Below are positions 9,800-20,070 of a stretch of DNA of 64,000 bases, one piece after another. The stretch's first letter is position 1, and every line of letters begins with the position of its first letter. A program made the position numbers and the translations under genes. The notes below the pieces were generated by a model that was not told where the DNA came from, ran no database searches, and saw only the letters and a list, made by a program, of their open reading frames with translations. The stretch comes from Cyanobacteria bacterium P01_A01_bin.123 (GTDB taxonomy: Bacteria; Cyanobacteriota; Cyanobacteriia; Phormidesmidales; Phormidesmidaceae): assembly GCA_039815185.1 (NCBI GenBank), contig JBCBZT010000005.1:96001-160000 (forward strand). Direction: 5' to 3'.

Positions 9800-11299
9800 A
9801 TGGTGATTAATAATTCCTCCCCTGTGGTAATTATCGGCGGTGGGCCTGCTGGTCTAACATCGGGATATGAACTGATGAAACATGGTGTCACTTCAGTTGT
9901 GCTTGAAAAAGCTGATAAAGTGGGTGGAATCTCTCGCACGGAAACCTACAAGGGCTATCGGTTTGACATTGGGGGGCACCGCTTCTTCACAAAGGTGGGT
10001 GAGGTGAAAGCCGTCTGGAAAGAAATTTTAGGCGATGACTTTATTCAAGTCCCTAGACTCTCTCGTATCTACTATAAGGGTAAGTTTTACGACTATCCGA
10101 TCTCTGTTTTTAAGACCCTGAGAAATATTGGTCCCGTTTACAGTTCTTTAGTGATAGCCAGTTATCTTAAGGCTAAACTCCGGAAGAAACTAAACCCCGA
10201 GTTTGAAGCAGAAACTTTTGAAGAGTGGGTCACAGACTGTTTTGGAGAACGGCTTTATCGAATGTTCTTTAAAACCTATACCGAAAAGGTTTGGGGGATT
10301 CCCTGCAGCCAAATTCGTGCCGATTGGGCCGCTCAGCGGATTCAAAATATGTCCCTGAAACAAGTTGTGATCAATGCAGTATTTGGTAGTCAAAATGCTA
10401 AAAGTTTGATCAAGAAGTTTGACTATCCCCGTTTAGGGCCAGGCATGATGTGGGAGCGATGCCAGGAGTTACTTGAAGTTCACGGGTCGCCAGTTCACCT
10501 CAATACCGAAGTGGTGCGTGTTGAGCGAGAAGGCACTCGCATTACTCAGGTTGTTGCTAAACAGGGCGATCATACCTTTACCTTGACCGGAGAACATTTC
10601 ATCAACTCTATGCCGGTCAGTGCTTTAGTTCGTCGTCTCAACCCACAGCCTCCCAAATCTGTCTTAGCAGCAGCTCGGGGGCTTAAATATCGTGACTTTC
10701 TGATTGTTTCGCTGATTGTCAATCAAGATCACCTGTTTCCTGATAACTGGCTCTATATTCATAGTCCCGAGTTTAAGGTTGGCCGTATTCAAAACTTTAA
10801 AAACTGGAGCCCTCACATGGTTCCTGATGCCAGTAAAACCTGCTTAGGAATGGAATATTTTTGTAGTGAAGGTGATGACATATGGGAAATGTCAGACTCG
10901 AAGTTAATTGAAGTAGCATCCCAAGAGATTACTCGATTAGGGTTAGGCGTGAAACTTGATGATGTTGAAGATGGCTGCGTGATTCGTCAACGTAAAGCCT
11001 ATCCAGTCTATGACGGTGAATATCGCAAACATCTACAGGTACTGCAAGATTATCTGAAAACCTTTGAAAATCTGCAAACAGTAGGTCGTAATGGTATGCA
11101 CCGTTACAACAACCAAGATCACTCAATGCTGACAGCGCTACTGGCGGCTAAAAATATTCTGGGCGAGAACCATGATTTATGGAATGTGAATGTTGAGCGG
11201 TCATATCACGAAAACTTTACTGACGCAGAATGGTCAAAACTTAAGCAACAGCCCAAAGAATCTGTTGCAGATGCTCGCTCTTTGTCGCCTGCTGCTTAG
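9800..11299 (+). CDS. FAD-dependent oxidoreductase (UDP-galactopyranose mutase/protoporphyrinogen oxidase-like)
   Basis: GGGPAGLT Rossmann motif, FDIGGHRFF, GRNGMHRYNNQDHSM. Confidence 0.85.
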   Translation: MVINNSSPVVIIGGGPAGLTSGYELMKHGVTSVVLEKADKVGGISRTETYKGYRFDIGGHRFFTKVGEVKAVWKEILGDDFIQVPRLSRIYYKGKFYDYPISVFKTLRNIGPVYSSLVIASYLKAKLRKKLNPEFEAETFEEWVTDCFGERLYRMFFKTYTEKVWGIPCSQIRADWAAQRIQNMSLKQVVINAVFGSQNAKSLIKKFDYPRLGPGMMWERCQELLEVHGSPVHLNTEVVRVEREGTRITQVVAKQGDHTFTLTGEHFINSMPVSALVRRLNPQPPKSVLAAARGLKYRDFLIVSLIVNQDHLFPDNWLYIHSPEFKVGRIQNFKNWSPHMVPDASKTCLGMEYFCSEGDDIWEMSDSKLIEVASQEITRLGLGVKLDDVEDGCVIRQRKAYPVYDGEYRKHLQVLQDYLKTFENLQTVGRNGMHRYNNQDHSMLTALLAAKNILGENHDLWNVNVERSYHENFTDAEWSKLKQQPKESVADARSLSPAA

Positions 11300-11361
11300 A
11301 GATGGATGATTTAGAGACCATAGCTCACCTATTTCCTTGATCAATACTGAGATTGGTTTTT

Positions 11362-12180
11362 ATGGCGTGTATTGCTCAAACTAACCTTCAGCTATTTAAT
11401 CAGCTTCAGGCACTCAACTACTCAGAAGCTGATCTCGTTTGTATCAACAGAGCTTACAACTTGACAGCCCGTTCTTTTTCCGGTTACTACCGGGGCTCGG
11501 GAAAACCCTTTCTAGCCCATTTAATTGGCACGGCTAGTATTCTAGCTTCAGTCAAGGCTCCAATTGAAACAGTGGCGGCGGGGTTGCTCCACGCTATTTA
11601 TAATTTTGGGCGATATACGGGCGATCGCCCAATCGCTGCTCATAAACGCTTGTGGTTGAGAAAGCGCGTGGGTGAAAAAATAGAGGCTTATGTGGCGCAG
11701 TATTCTACCTTCGTCTGGAACGAGCAAACGATCCCTGAAATTTTCAACAGCTTGCCAAGCCTAGAAAAAGATGAAATTGGCGGTCAAGTCTTACTCGTCA
11801 GATTGGCTAATGAACTAGAAGACCACCTCGACTTGGGGGTTTTGTATTGCCGTAATTTAGAAGGGCGACTGGCGTATATCCGGAATAGCGGTTCCCTAAT
11901 AGTTGATATGGCAAATGCATTGGGATTTCCTAGCTTATCTGATCGACTTTCAAAAACATTTCAAGAAACTTTAGAAGCAGAGGTTCCACAGCGGTTTCAT
12001 ATTTCGAATGACTATTCTTATTTGGTTCCGACAGAGCCATATCTTCTATATTTAACAAAAAAGACATATGCATCAATACTTTATCGATTTGATCACCACC
12101 GCTGGAGTCAAAAGTTTGCCCACAAATTCAGGAATCAAACTTTTGAATGGTCGAATAAGCTAGGCTTCACTAAAGAGTGA
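11362..12180 (+). CDS. HD-like/DUF6817-type protein
   Basis: RGSGKPFLAHLIGTASIL...AAGLLHAIY. Confidence 0.6.
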   Translation: MACIAQTNLQLFNQLQALNYSEADLVCINRAYNLTARSFSGYYRGSGKPFLAHLIGTASILASVKAPIETVAAGLLHAIYNFGRYTGDRPIAAHKRLWLRKRVGEKIEAYVAQYSTFVWNEQTIPEIFNSLPSLEKDEIGGQVLLVRLANELEDHLDLGVLYCRNLEGRLAYIRNSGSLIVDMANALGFPSLSDRLSKTFQETLEAEVPQRFHISNDYSYLVPTEPYLLYLTKKTYASILYRFDHHRWSQKFAHKFRNQTFEWSNKLGFTKE

Positions 12181-12209
12181 GGAGTTTAAGGGGGGTGAGG
12201 AGATAAACT

Positions 12210-13271
12210 TTGAAAAGGATAAAGGTTGGATTAGCAGGTTTTGGAAGATTTTCAGAATTGGTTCTGATTAATATCCTGATGCGATCGCCTTGGGACTTGC
12301 TAGCAATTGCTGACACCTCAAAGGCACGAAGAAACCTAGCTAGGCAACTTACCAAAGATGTAGAAATCCTTGAAAGTTATCAGGAACTCATTTTACAACC
12401 TAATATAGAAGCGGTCATTATTTCATTGCCCAGTAATCTTCATGCGGAGGCAAGTATACTTGCTTTTCAGCACGGCAAGCATGTGTATCTTGAGAAACCT
12501 ATCGCTACCAATATTGTAGATGCCAAATGCGTTATCGAATCCTGGAAAGGTTCTAAATGTGCCGGAATGATAGGTCTTAACTACAGATTTCATCCCCTAA
12601 ATCAACTGGCACAGAAATATTTTAGCCAAAATAAACTTGAAGATGTCTTTCATGTCACTTCAAGTTTTTCTTCCCCCATACGGGAACTGCCGAAATGGCA
12701 GCATTCACGTGAAAGTGGTGGAGGTGTTCTGCTTCATTTGGCAACTCATCATATCGATCTGATTCGCTTCATTTTGGGCGCTGAAGTGAGAACTGTCTTT
12801 TCTAAAATAAGCACCCAAATATATCCAGGAGATACCGCCTGGCTGCAGATGACCTTAGACAATAACATTACGACTCAATCTTTCTTTTCTCATAGTGCTG
12901 TTCGAGAAGATGTTTTTCATTTCTATCAAAAGACAGGTAAATTGACTATTGATAGATACCATTCACTGAATTTGGAATTTACCAAGCCGGATATTCAACC
13001 CTCACGCTTTCCCGCTATAGCGCGTTACTTCAAGCAACTCATTAACAGTCCGGTTTTGCGTTCAAAACTAAGCAATCCTCGAAGAGAACCCTCATATAAA
13101 TTGGCTTTTGACCGCTTTGCAGATGCGATCAAAAGCCGAATCTCGCCAAGCCCTGATTTGTGGGATGGATACTACAGCTTTTTGGTTGTTGAGGCAGCCG
13201 AAAAATCGGCTCAAATAGGGAAGGTCGTCAATTTGGAGCAGTGGGCCAGTGAAAGTACTGCTTGTCAATGA
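12210..13271 (+). CDS. Gfo/Idh/MocA family oxidoreductase
   Basis: GLAGFG, GKHVYLEKP, SGGGVLLHLATHHID. Confidence 0.92.
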   Translation: MKRIKVGLAGFGRFSELVLINILMRSPWDLLAIADTSKARRNLARQLTKDVEILESYQELILQPNIEAVIISLPSNLHAEASILAFQHGKHVYLEKPIATNIVDAKCVIESWKGSKCAGMIGLNYRFHPLNQLAQKYFSQNKLEDVFHVTSSFSSPIRELPKWQHSRESGGGVLLHLATHHIDLIRFILGAEVRTVFSKISTQIYPGDTAWLQMTLDNNITTQSFFSHSAVREDVFHFYQKTGKLTIDRYHSLNLEFTKPDIQPSRFPAIARYFKQLINSPVLRSKLSNPRREPSYKLAFDRFADAIKSRISPSPDLWDGYYSFLVVEAAEKSAQIGKVVNLEQWASESTACQ

Positions 13272-14424
13272 CTATGCCACGCCGACTGGGGGCGCTGAGT
13301 TGATTATGCTAGCCCTGCGCCAGCAGTTAAGAGTGCTCGGACACGACGTAAGGCTTTTTGCCAGTTCTGCGAGGCCCTTGAATAAAAGGAGTGAAGCCGA
13401 TTATGAATGTCTAGGAACCACCTCAAGATTTCGGACTTTATTGCAATCCAATAATCCCTGGGCCTCCCAAAAGCTTGCCGAGGTATTGGCTGATTTCAAG
13501 CCCGACATTGTCCATGTCAGGATTTTTTTAACGCAACTTTCGCCCAGTATTCTGCCGCTCTTAGTCAATATCCCAACCATATACCATGTTGCCTGGTATC
13601 GCCCCATTTGTCCGTTAGGAACTAAACGGCTACCTACTGGTGAAAGCTGTCATTATTCAGTGGGAGCTGAATGCTATAAAAAGGGTTGTTTGCCAATTCA
13701 TGACTGGCTTCCCCTGATGTTTCAGATGCGTCGTTGGGATGCTTGGAAGCATGCGTTTAATTTGGTGGTAGCTAACAGTCACTTTGTGAAAGTGCAACTC
13801 GTTGGCCAAGGTGTTGATGCGACAGAAGTTATATGGAATGGCATTCCCTATCAACCCATATGCTTAGAGCTCTCACCAGCACCAACGGCTGTTTTTGCAG
13901 GGCGATTGGTGATTGAAAAAGGTGTCGATGTGTTGATCAAAGCCTTTAACCTTGTGACCGATGCAGTTCCCCATGCAAAGTTACTGATTGCGGGCGCAGG
14001 ATCAGAAAGGAAAAATCTTGTTGGCCTAGTTTCAGACTTAAAGCTCCAAAATAGCGTGACCTTTTTAGGCCATCTATCGCGTAAAGATATGGAGGAAAAA
14101 TTTAAAGAGGCCTGGGTTCAGGTTGTTCCTTCTCAATGGCAAGAGCCCTTTGGAATTGTTGCAGCAGAAGCCATGATGAGAGGAAAGGCCGTGATTTCAA
14201 GTAACTTGGGTGGATTGACTGAGATTGTGCGTCCAGGTGAAACTGGGTTATTGTTTACGCACAATAATATTCAGGAATTGGCGAGTTCGATCACAAGCAT
14301 TTTAAGTGATCGAGCTGTTGCTAGAAGCATGGGCGAGGCGGGGCGTAAAATTGCACTAGCTGATTTTAGTGAAGAGTCTTTTGTCCAGAAATTTTTGAAC
14401 CTTTACCGAAAGGTGGCAGTTTAG
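13249..14424 (+). CDS. glycosyltransferase family 4
   Basis: GGAE, AGRLVIEKG, EPFGIVAAEAM; GTG start overlaps the upstream gene. Confidence 0.93.
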   Translation: MKVLLVNDYATPTGGAELIMLALRQQLRVLGHDVRLFASSARPLNKRSEADYECLGTTSRFRTLLQSNNPWASQKLAEVLADFKPDIVHVRIFLTQLSPSILPLLVNIPTIYHVAWYRPICPLGTKRLPTGESCHYSVGAECYKKGCLPIHDWLPLMFQMRRWDAWKHAFNLVVANSHFVKVQLVGQGVDATEVIWNGIPYQPICLELSPAPTAVFAGRLVIEKGVDVLIKAFNLVTDAVPHAKLLIAGAGSERKNLVGLVSDLKLQNSVTFLGHLSRKDMEEKFKEAWVQVVPSQWQEPFGIVAAEAMMRGKAVISSNLGGLTEIVRPGETGLLFTHNNIQELASSITSILSDRAVARSMGEAGRKIALADFSEESFVQKFLNLYRKVAV

Positions 14425-14465
14425 TCCAACTTTGATCTTCAATTGATATTTATGAGGTAAATAAA

Positions 14466-15500
14466 ATGAGCACCAGCATTGGAGTTAAAACGGACGCTAA
14501 TGAAGTGGCTGCTGCTGAAATGTCTAAAGCGCATCCGCTTGTCTCTGTCGTCGTTGAAGGCTACAACGAGTTAAATGATTTAGGAACGGCTAATGATACT
14601 TTAGATGCACTTGCCAATCAACAGTATCCACTCAACCTAATAGAAGTTATCTTAGTTGGCACATCTGCACAGGTAGAGGTTTGGGAAAAGCAGTTCTCTG
14701 ATACTCAATTTTCTGCTGTTAAACCTTTTGCCTATGATGGGATTGGCTATTACGAATTTAAGAACCTATGCCTCAATGTTGCATCAGGTCAGGTATTCGC
14801 CTTTACTGATTCGGATGTGACTCCCAGATCAGAGTGGATTAAATCTGGTGTAGAAGAAATCCAAAAAGGAGCAGCGGCGGTTGTGGGGCCAAGCCTTTTT
14901 CAAAACGAAGAATGGGGCCCCGATACGATGCTAATGAGGGTGGCAGCATCTGTCTCATGGGGATTTGTAGTTGGTGAAGACAAAGGCAGGGGTTGTTTGA
15001 TCGCGGCTAACATGCTAAGTCATAACGTCATCTTTAGCGCCGACACATTTCGCGAGTTTCAATTTACGACAGATTATGGCAGAACTTGCTCTCCAGCTTT
15101 GCTTTACAAAACCCTCATTCACTCAAACCGGAAAGTTGCTTTTAACCCGAAACAACAAGCGGCTCACTCATTTACCTGGAAGTGGTGGCTGTTTCAGTAC
15201 CATTATCGTTTGGGTTACGAGATTTATCGTTTAAGAAGGCTGGACGCCTCTTATCCCAATCAGTGGATTAGCAAAACGAAAATTCTAGAGCCAGTTGTAA
15301 CACTAATGTGGCATGTCCTTTTGGACTTACCAAGATGGCTGAGATTTAGCAAAGCCTTAAATGAAAATCCTTTGCGTCGGTGGGCTTCCTTCCCACTATT
15401 AGTTATCTTGTCTTTGATCGCCCATAGTTCTGAAATGATTGGAATGTATGCAACTTTGGCTAACCCTGAGAAAATGAGGCAATGGGCTGAGAGTGCATAG
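14466..15500 (+). CDS. glycosyltransferase family 2-like
   Basis: VSVVVEGYNE, AFTDSD DxD motif. Confidence 0.8.
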   Translation: MSTSIGVKTDANEVAAAEMSKAHPLVSVVVEGYNELNDLGTANDTLDALANQQYPLNLIEVILVGTSAQVEVWEKQFSDTQFSAVKPFAYDGIGYYEFKNLCLNVASGQVFAFTDSDVTPRSEWIKSGVEEIQKGAAAVVGPSLFQNEEWGPDTMLMRVAASVSWGFVVGEDKGRGCLIAANMLSHNVIFSADTFREFQFTTDYGRTCSPALLYKTLIHSNRKVAFNPKQQAAHSFTWKWWLFQYHYRLGYEIYRLRRLDASYPNQWISKTKILEPVVTLMWHVLLDLPRWLRFSKALNENPLRRWASFPLLVILSLIAHSSEMIGMYATLANPEKMRQWAESA

Positions 15501-15600
15501 CGCTTTTGTTGACTATCGATATGAATTAGACAGCTTAAGTCTGTCAGAAAGTATGGGTGTTTAGTCAAATCCTATTGGATGACAAAGAGATTTGGGAGAA

Positions 15601-16521
15601 ATGAGTAAGAGTAGTAATTTGCCTAATTTGTTAATTATTGGTGCTATGAAGTCTGGCACAACCAGCCTTCATTATTATTTAGATTTGCATCCGGAAATAT
15701 GTATGTCTCGGGCAAAAGAACTAAACTTCTTCATTGAAGAATTTAATTGGAATCAAGGAGTACAGTGGTATCGATCTCACTTCCTAGGGCAAGCAAAAAT
15801 CTATGGGGAATCATCACCTAACTACACTAGATATCCTAAATGGAAAGGAGTGCCGCATAGAATTTTTTCAGTGATACCAGAAACAAAATTGATATACCTA
15901 GTGCGTGATCCAATTGAGCGAATCATCTCTCACTATATACACTTCTATTCCAATAATATGGAAAATCGAAGCATCGATGAAGCCTTGGCCAAGTTCGATG
16001 GCAATTTATATGTGGATCGCAGTAAGTATTTTTTCCAGCTAGAACAATACTTTAGTTATTTTTCTAATGCTAATATTTTAATTCTTACTTCTGAAGAGCT
16101 TCTGAATTATCCTCAGAAAACGATGAAAAAAGTCTTTCAATTTCTAGAGGTGGATGATAGTTTTCAGTTCAAGTTTAGAGCCAAAAACCTTTCGGATTTT
16201 TTACGTTTTGGCCCTGCTATTTTTAATTCAAACTTCCAGTTCAATATGAAACTTCATGAGTCTTCTCGAAAGAGAAGGATAACAATGCCTAAACATAATT
16301 CAGTAATGGCAGCTTTAGCTATGACGCTTCAATATCTACCTCCTGAGTTGAGGTGTCACCTCGAGAAGGTCATGTATAGGCCTTTTTCTCAGAAAATTGA
16401 GCGCCCGAGAATGAGTGATGCTCTACGGGATAGGTTGTTGGAATATCTTGCTGATGATATTAAGAGACTCCAATCATATGCAGAATGCGACTTTAAAGAA
16501 TGGAATATAAGTCCGTCCTGA
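15601..16521 (+). CDS. sulfotransferase
   Basis: IIGAMKSGTTSL (PAPS 5'-PSB loop), RDPIERIISHY (3'-PB motif). Confidence 0.92.
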   Translation: MSKSSNLPNLLIIGAMKSGTTSLHYYLDLHPEICMSRAKELNFFIEEFNWNQGVQWYRSHFLGQAKIYGESSPNYTRYPKWKGVPHRIFSVIPETKLIYLVRDPIERIISHYIHFYSNNMENRSIDEALAKFDGNLYVDRSKYFFQLEQYFSYFSNANILILTSEELLNYPQKTMKKVFQFLEVDDSFQFKFRAKNLSDFLRFGPAIFNSNFQFNMKLHESSRKRRITMPKHNSVMAALAMTLQYLPPELRCHLEKVMYRPFSQKIERPRMSDALRDRLLEYLADDIKRLQSYAECDFKEWNISPS

Positions 16522-16614
16522 TTTCAAGTCTGCTCTTTGCGCTAAAGATTTAATCAAGATATGGTGACTACCTTAAACTCGACCAGTTAATGAGTTTGTT
16601 TAGGATTGAGAAAT

Positions 16615-18078
16615 ATGAGTCTTAAGCAAAAAGCCATTAAGGGCATTATATGGTCTGGAATTCAAAACTGGGGAAGTCAAGCGGGTTCGCTCATCGTCTT
16701 TTTTGTCTTAGCTCGCCTACTTTTACCAGCAGATTTTGGATTGGTTGCTTTAGCTAATACCTTTTTAATTTTTTTCGATATTTTTGTCGATCAAGGATTT
16801 TCCTTAGCGCTTATCCAGCGACATGAGATAGAAGTAGAACACTTAGATACTGCCTTTTGGACTCAGATTTGCCTAGGGTTAAGTTTTACAATATTCGGCT
16901 TAGTCAGTGCTAATCTAATTGCTGAAATATTTCAGCAACCGCTTTTGACTCCCATTCTGCAGTGGTTTTCTACCCTGGCATTTCTGAGATCCCTCAGCAT
17001 CGTTCAGCAAGCTATATTAAGAAGAAAATTTGAATTTAAGAAAATTGCAATTCGAGCTTTGTTGGGTATTCTTGTCAGTGGTTCAGTTGGCATTACACTA
17101 GCACTACTGGACTTTGGAGTTTGGAGTTTGGTAGGCCAACAACTAACGTTTGAAGTGGTAGGGGTTATTGCATTTTGGAGCTTGAGTGACTGGAGACCTA
17201 GACTTCGGGTTTCAACTCGGCATTTGAAGGATCTCTCTGGTTTTGGCATCTCAATATTCTTCTCAAATATTCTAAAGTTCTTTAACCAAAATTCAGACAA
17301 TCTACTAATTGGCTATTTCCTGGGAGAAGTTGCACTAGGTTACTATGCGGTTGCCTATCGTATATTACAAGTCTTGACCCAGTTGCTGGTTCATACGGGC
17401 AATCAGGTTGCTATGCCAATGCTCTCTCGATTGCAAGGTGATTCTGAACGATTTATAAAGGGATTTTATAAACTCATAAAACTAGCTAGCGTAGTGACTT
17501 TGCCAATCTTTCTTGGTGTCATTGCCCTGGCAGCTGAATTAGTTATCACTGTCTTTGGAGAGAAATGGGAGGCATCTATTCCCGTTATTCAAATTCTGTC
17601 AATTGGAGGGATTATTCATCTTATTCTTTTCTTTAACCGCTCAGTTTTTGTTGCAATCGGTAAACCTTTTTGGCGACTGCGCTTGGAAATATTGAATGTC
17701 TCTCTAAATATTGCTGCTTGTATGCTGGCTGTGCGCTGGGGCATTGTAGCTGTGGCGTTTGCATACATCCTGAGCGATTTGCTTGTCGTGCCTGCTAGCT
17801 TACTAGTTTTGAGGCAGCTGACGGCCCTATCTTTAAGGGTTTATTTTAAGCAACTTTCCTCGCCCCTCGTATGTGCTGTCTTGATGATGGTGTTGACTTG
17901 GCTGGCAGAATATGGCCTAGCACAAATATTGGAACCCAAAATAGTTCTGCTGATCTGCACTCTTTTAGGAGCCATGCTATACACTTTTTGCCTTCGATTA
18001 CTGGCTCCCGCGCTTTTTCAAGAACTTTGGGAACTGGTCGTTATCGGTTTTTTAAAGCGACGAGAGAAACCTTCTTAA
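16615..18078 (+). CDS. wzx: Wzx/MOP-family polysaccharide flippase
   Basis: LARLLLPADFGLVA, GVWSLVGQQL, LGYYAVAYR; many TMs. Confidence 0.88.
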   Translation: MSLKQKAIKGIIWSGIQNWGSQAGSLIVFFVLARLLLPADFGLVALANTFLIFFDIFVDQGFSLALIQRHEIEVEHLDTAFWTQICLGLSFTIFGLVSANLIAEIFQQPLLTPILQWFSTLAFLRSLSIVQQAILRRKFEFKKIAIRALLGILVSGSVGITLALLDFGVWSLVGQQLTFEVVGVIAFWSLSDWRPRLRVSTRHLKDLSGFGISIFFSNILKFFNQNSDNLLIGYFLGEVALGYYAVAYRILQVLTQLLVHTGNQVAMPMLSRLQGDSERFIKGFYKLIKLASVVTLPIFLGVIALAAELVITVFGEKWEASIPVIQILSIGGIIHLILFFNRSVFVAIGKPFWRLRLEILNVSLNIAACMLAVRWGIVAVAFAYILSDLLVVPASLLVLRQLTALSLRVYFKQLSSPLVCAVLMMVLTWLAEYGLAQILEPKIVLLICTLLGAMLYTFCLRLLAPALFQELWELVVIGFLKRREKPS

Positions 18079-18102
18079 TTGATGATAAAAAACTTTTGAA
18101 TC

Positions 18103-19023
18103 ATGAATCCTCAAAATTTAGAATTCTCTATTGTTATTCCAACCTATAACCGTCCCGAGCGATTAGCTCAATGCTTACAAAGTCTGACTCAGTTGGATTA
18201 TCCGCGCGATCGCTTTGAAGTTATCATAGTGGATGATGGCAGTCACATAGCTCTAGACGCGATCGCAGTTCGGTTTGAAACCCATCTTTCGATAAGTCTA
18301 ATTCGCCAAAACAATGCAGGCCCGGCTAGTGCCCGCAACACTGGAGCCGCGGCGGCCCAGGGCCACTATTTGGTTTTTACCGATGACGACTGCCAACCTG
18401 ATTTTGGCTGGCTCAAGGAATTAGCAGCCGCAGTTGCTGAAGTTCCGGATGCTCTAATCGGGGGACATACGGTCAATGCTTTACCTGACAATCTTTGTTC
18501 CACTGCCAGCCAATTATTGATTGATTATATCTACGACTATTACAATTATGCTAAAGGAGAAGCGACCTTTTTTGCATCTAATAACTTTGCAATGCCTCGC
18601 TTGCTTTATCAACAGCTTGGCGGATTTGATACCACTTTTCCTCTAGCTGCTGGAGAAGATCGAGAATTTTGCGATCGCTGGCGATATAAAGGATTCTCAA
18701 TGCACTACGCTGCGGCTATGCAGGTTCACCATGCACACAACCTCAGTTTAGCTTCCTTTTGGCGGCAGCATTTTAACTATGGTCGCGGGGCATTTTACTT
18801 TCATAAGATTCGTAGCCAACGTCAATCTCAACCAATCAAAGTTGAACCGCTCACGTTCTATTCCAAATTACTAATTTATCCCTTCTCTCAATTGGAAGGA
18901 TGGCGATCCTGGAACCTATCTGGATTATTCTGTCTTTCCCAAGTTGCCAATGTAGCCGGGTTTTTCTGGGAGAGATATCAACAAAGATCAAGCCTATCTA
19001 AGCTGACGACCACTTCTTCCTGA
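18103..19023 (+). CDS. glycosyltransferase family 2
   Basis: SIVIPTYNR, VDDGS, FTDDDC, GEDREF. Confidence 0.93.
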   Translation: MNPQNLEFSIVIPTYNRPERLAQCLQSLTQLDYPRDRFEVIIVDDGSHIALDAIAVRFETHLSISLIRQNNAGPASARNTGAAAAQGHYLVFTDDDCQPDFGWLKELAAAVAEVPDALIGGHTVNALPDNLCSTASQLLIDYIYDYYNYAKGEATFFASNNFAMPRLLYQQLGGFDTTFPLAAGEDREFCDRWRYKGFSMHYAAAMQVHHAHNLSLASFWRQHFNYGRGAFYFHKIRSQRQSQPIKVEPLTFYSKLLIYPFSQLEGWRSWNLSGLFCLSQVANVAGFFWERYQQRSSLSKLTTTSS

Positions 19024-19166
19024 GCGAGTAGCGGTGATCAGGGATGCATATTTGTTCGCTTACTTTTCAATATTTGCTCATGAGCGAACGATATATCCGG
19101 CTACGGGTAGTTCTTTGGGTATCTAAAGTCGATTGAATTTGCAGGTGACTATCTTTATTGAGATAA

Positions 19167-19805
19167 CTAATCAAAAAGATCGGTCTCTTGGGGCGCTGCA
19201 ATCAAGACTAGACCTGTAATGCCGCCTACGATTAGACCGACAAGGCTACCGGCCATCATGTCAGCCAAAGCAGGGGAGAAGTCTAGTAATGCAATTGGAA
19301 GTATTTGCCATAAGATGGCCCACCCCAAGAACTCACCTAATGCAATGCTTAGCCAAGCTGCTTTGAACCAACTGTAGGCATTTATATGTGTATTCCGGAG
19401 GACAGAGGATTGGCACAGGGCGACCCAAAAGCCATTGACAATACCGTACCAACTGTCTAAAAATAGCTGGACTCCCGAATCGACAGCCTCGATATTGTCG
19501 TAGGCCCATGCATTCAAGTAAGAGCCTAGGCCATTGCCTACTGCAAACCCGAGGAATGTTAACGGTATCCAGAGGGCAGATAAGCGGATGCGGTTATGTA
19601 AGAAAACCCATGATGAGATGCCCACAATCAGACCGTAGATGAGGCCATAAACGATGCCCCATTCAAAGTTATTGCCAACATTAAAAAACGATGCGATGTA
19701 GGCGGTGTCGTCTTCGAAGCCGATAAATGCCCCAAGATATGCGCTGATAAGCCAGCCAAGGGCTGTAATCAGCGTCCAGCTTAACCATAGTTTCATTGCA
19801 CTCAA
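19167..19805 (-). CDS. hypothetical integral membrane protein
   Basis: Gly-rich TM repeats. Confidence 0.7.
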   Translation of the reverse strand: MSAMKLWLSWTLITALGWLISAYLGAFIGFEDDTAYIASFFNVGNNFEWGIVYGLIYGLIVGISSWVFLHNRIRLSALWIPLTFLGFAVGNGLGSYLNAWAYDNIEAVDSGVQLFLDSWYGIVNGFWVALCQSSVLRNTHINAYSWFKAAWLSIALGEFLGWAILWQILPIALLDFSPALADMMAGSLVGLIVGGITGLVLIAAPQETDLFD

Positions 19806-20070
19806 GTCACTTATGTTATGGCCATCTTTAACGGTTCGCTCGAAAACCTGGCTGAAGAAATCAGATCTATCCTAAAAGTGTAAGTGATCGCACTGAACTT
19901 TTAATTTGCTAATTTCCAATCTTATCTTTTCAAAAAAGAATTTTACTTATCATTTCTCAAAATTTGACTGCAAGTTCTTTGGAAAGCCTGAGGGAAACCC
20001 GATTTCCTTGCAAAATCCGATAGCTTAATGAAAGCATCTCTGCTTGCCGTCTACGGAATTGAATTTGTCT

